A program made the position numbers and the translations under genes. From the human T2T-CHM13v2.0 reference genome, Homo sapiens: a stretch of DNA of 64,000 nucleotides. This document shows positions 62,916 through 64,000 of this stretch, piece by piece. Each line of letters begins with the position of its first letter. Positions within the stretch are counted from its first letter, which is position 1. The notes below the pieces were generated by a model. It was not told the origin of the DNA. It was given only the letters and a program-made list of their open reading frames with translations, and ran no database searches. Where the stretch lies: NCBI RefSeq assembly GCF_009914755.1, contig NC_060925.1; one strand, written 5' to 3'.

Positions 62916-64000
62916 TCACCAAAAAATAAAAATAAAAAAAGAAGGGTGGTAAAAAGTGCTCCCTATCCTTGACCCTATTCCAACAGCACAAACCAACCAA
63001 TCAACCAATTACTCAATCAACTCCTTACCCTATTTGCTTGCTTCTTCCATGATTTAGGTACTGTAATAGTAATGATGAAGTATATAACAAGTGGAGTAAT
63101 AACTCTGTTGATAGGATTTGAGAAAGTAGCAGAGGACATAACTGTCTAAGCAAAGATCTAATTCTAAAGGATGAATACTTCAGGAGGATAAGATCATGGG
63201 AAGAAAGCATCCAAGCAGAAAGATTACCATGTGCAAGTCACAGGTGTGGCAAACAGCACAGTATGTTCCAGGAAATGCCAGTTAACTCAGTAATCAGGAG
63301 CAAAATGCAGTTATAGAAATGAGGGGCAGGGGCCAGATCATAAAGAGCTGTGAATGCTATGGTAATGAGTTTGGGTTTTACTCTGTAGGTCAAAGGGAGC
63401 AACAGAGGAATTCTGAGCAAGTGTGTGCACATCTGTGTCTTAAAAGACCTACACTGTGAAAGTAGATCAAAGTTAGGGAAAACTGGAGTCAAAGTGGCAA
63501 GAGATTACTACAACAAATTAAGTGTAAAATAATGAGGCAATGAGAGACTGAACTAGGGCACTGGCCATGGGGAGAGATGCCACTGATACAAATAAGACTT
63601 GGTATTAAGAGTGGGGTGATAGGGAGCAGTCAAACATAGCTCTCAGATTCATGAATTAAGCACCTGAAAAAAAAGAACACTAGAAGAAGAATGGATTTGA
63701 AGGAGAGGGATAGAAAAATGACGCTATCTATTAAGCAGCAGCATCAAGGATCTGGAATATCAACAGCTACGGACTAGAGATACAGACCTAGGAGGCATCA
63801 GTATATACCCAATTAAAACTATAGATATATGCAGAAAAGAGAAACAAGCACAAAAATCTAGGCACAAGTAGACATGAGTCTATCACGGTAGCTGAGATTA
63901 AGAAGTCAGAGAGAGGGGTGGAGGATCTAGAAAAGCAAAAGCAAAAAGAGACAAGAATTTCAAACAGGAGGACACAACTAGTTTCAAGTATATCAGAGGT

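Overview
Human (or very close primate) genomic DNA, recognisable as chr1q21.2 at the distal end of the HIST2 histone cluster. Positions 1-22.5 kb are gene-free and dense in repeats (Alu, MaLR/ERV LTRs, MER2/Tigger DNA transposons, L1/L2/MIR relics). Next come three intronless histone genes: H2BC21/HIST2H2BE (-, 24398-24778), H2AC20/HIST2H2AC (+, 25113-25502) and H2AC21/HIST2H2AB (-, 25662-26054), each with a 3' stem-loop and U7-binding element. Then BOLA1 (+, CDS 38202-38615), the complete 13-exon SV2A gene (-; 12 coding exons sum to 2229 nt = 742 aa + stop) and the last two exons of SF3B4 (-). All genes are known and I found no clearly new gene system. The best candidates for something undescribed are: (1) an orphan H2B-type promoter half upstream of H2AC21, with CCAAT/octamer/TATA spacing matching the H2BC21 promoter and followed by faint colinear H2B codon relics, possibly co-opted for a long BOLA1 transcript; (2) the tail-to-tail H2A pair forming a long inverted repeat with tightly packed 3'-processing signals; (3) NMD-escaping retention of the terminal introns of SF3B4 (in frame, stop-free) and SV2A (immediate stop); (4) an AAUAAA overlapping a miR-137 8mer in the SV2A 3'UTR; (5) several repair or insertion scars in Alus. 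Repeat boundaries and subfamily names are by eye and approximate. Most short ORFs in the track are Alu-derived noise.
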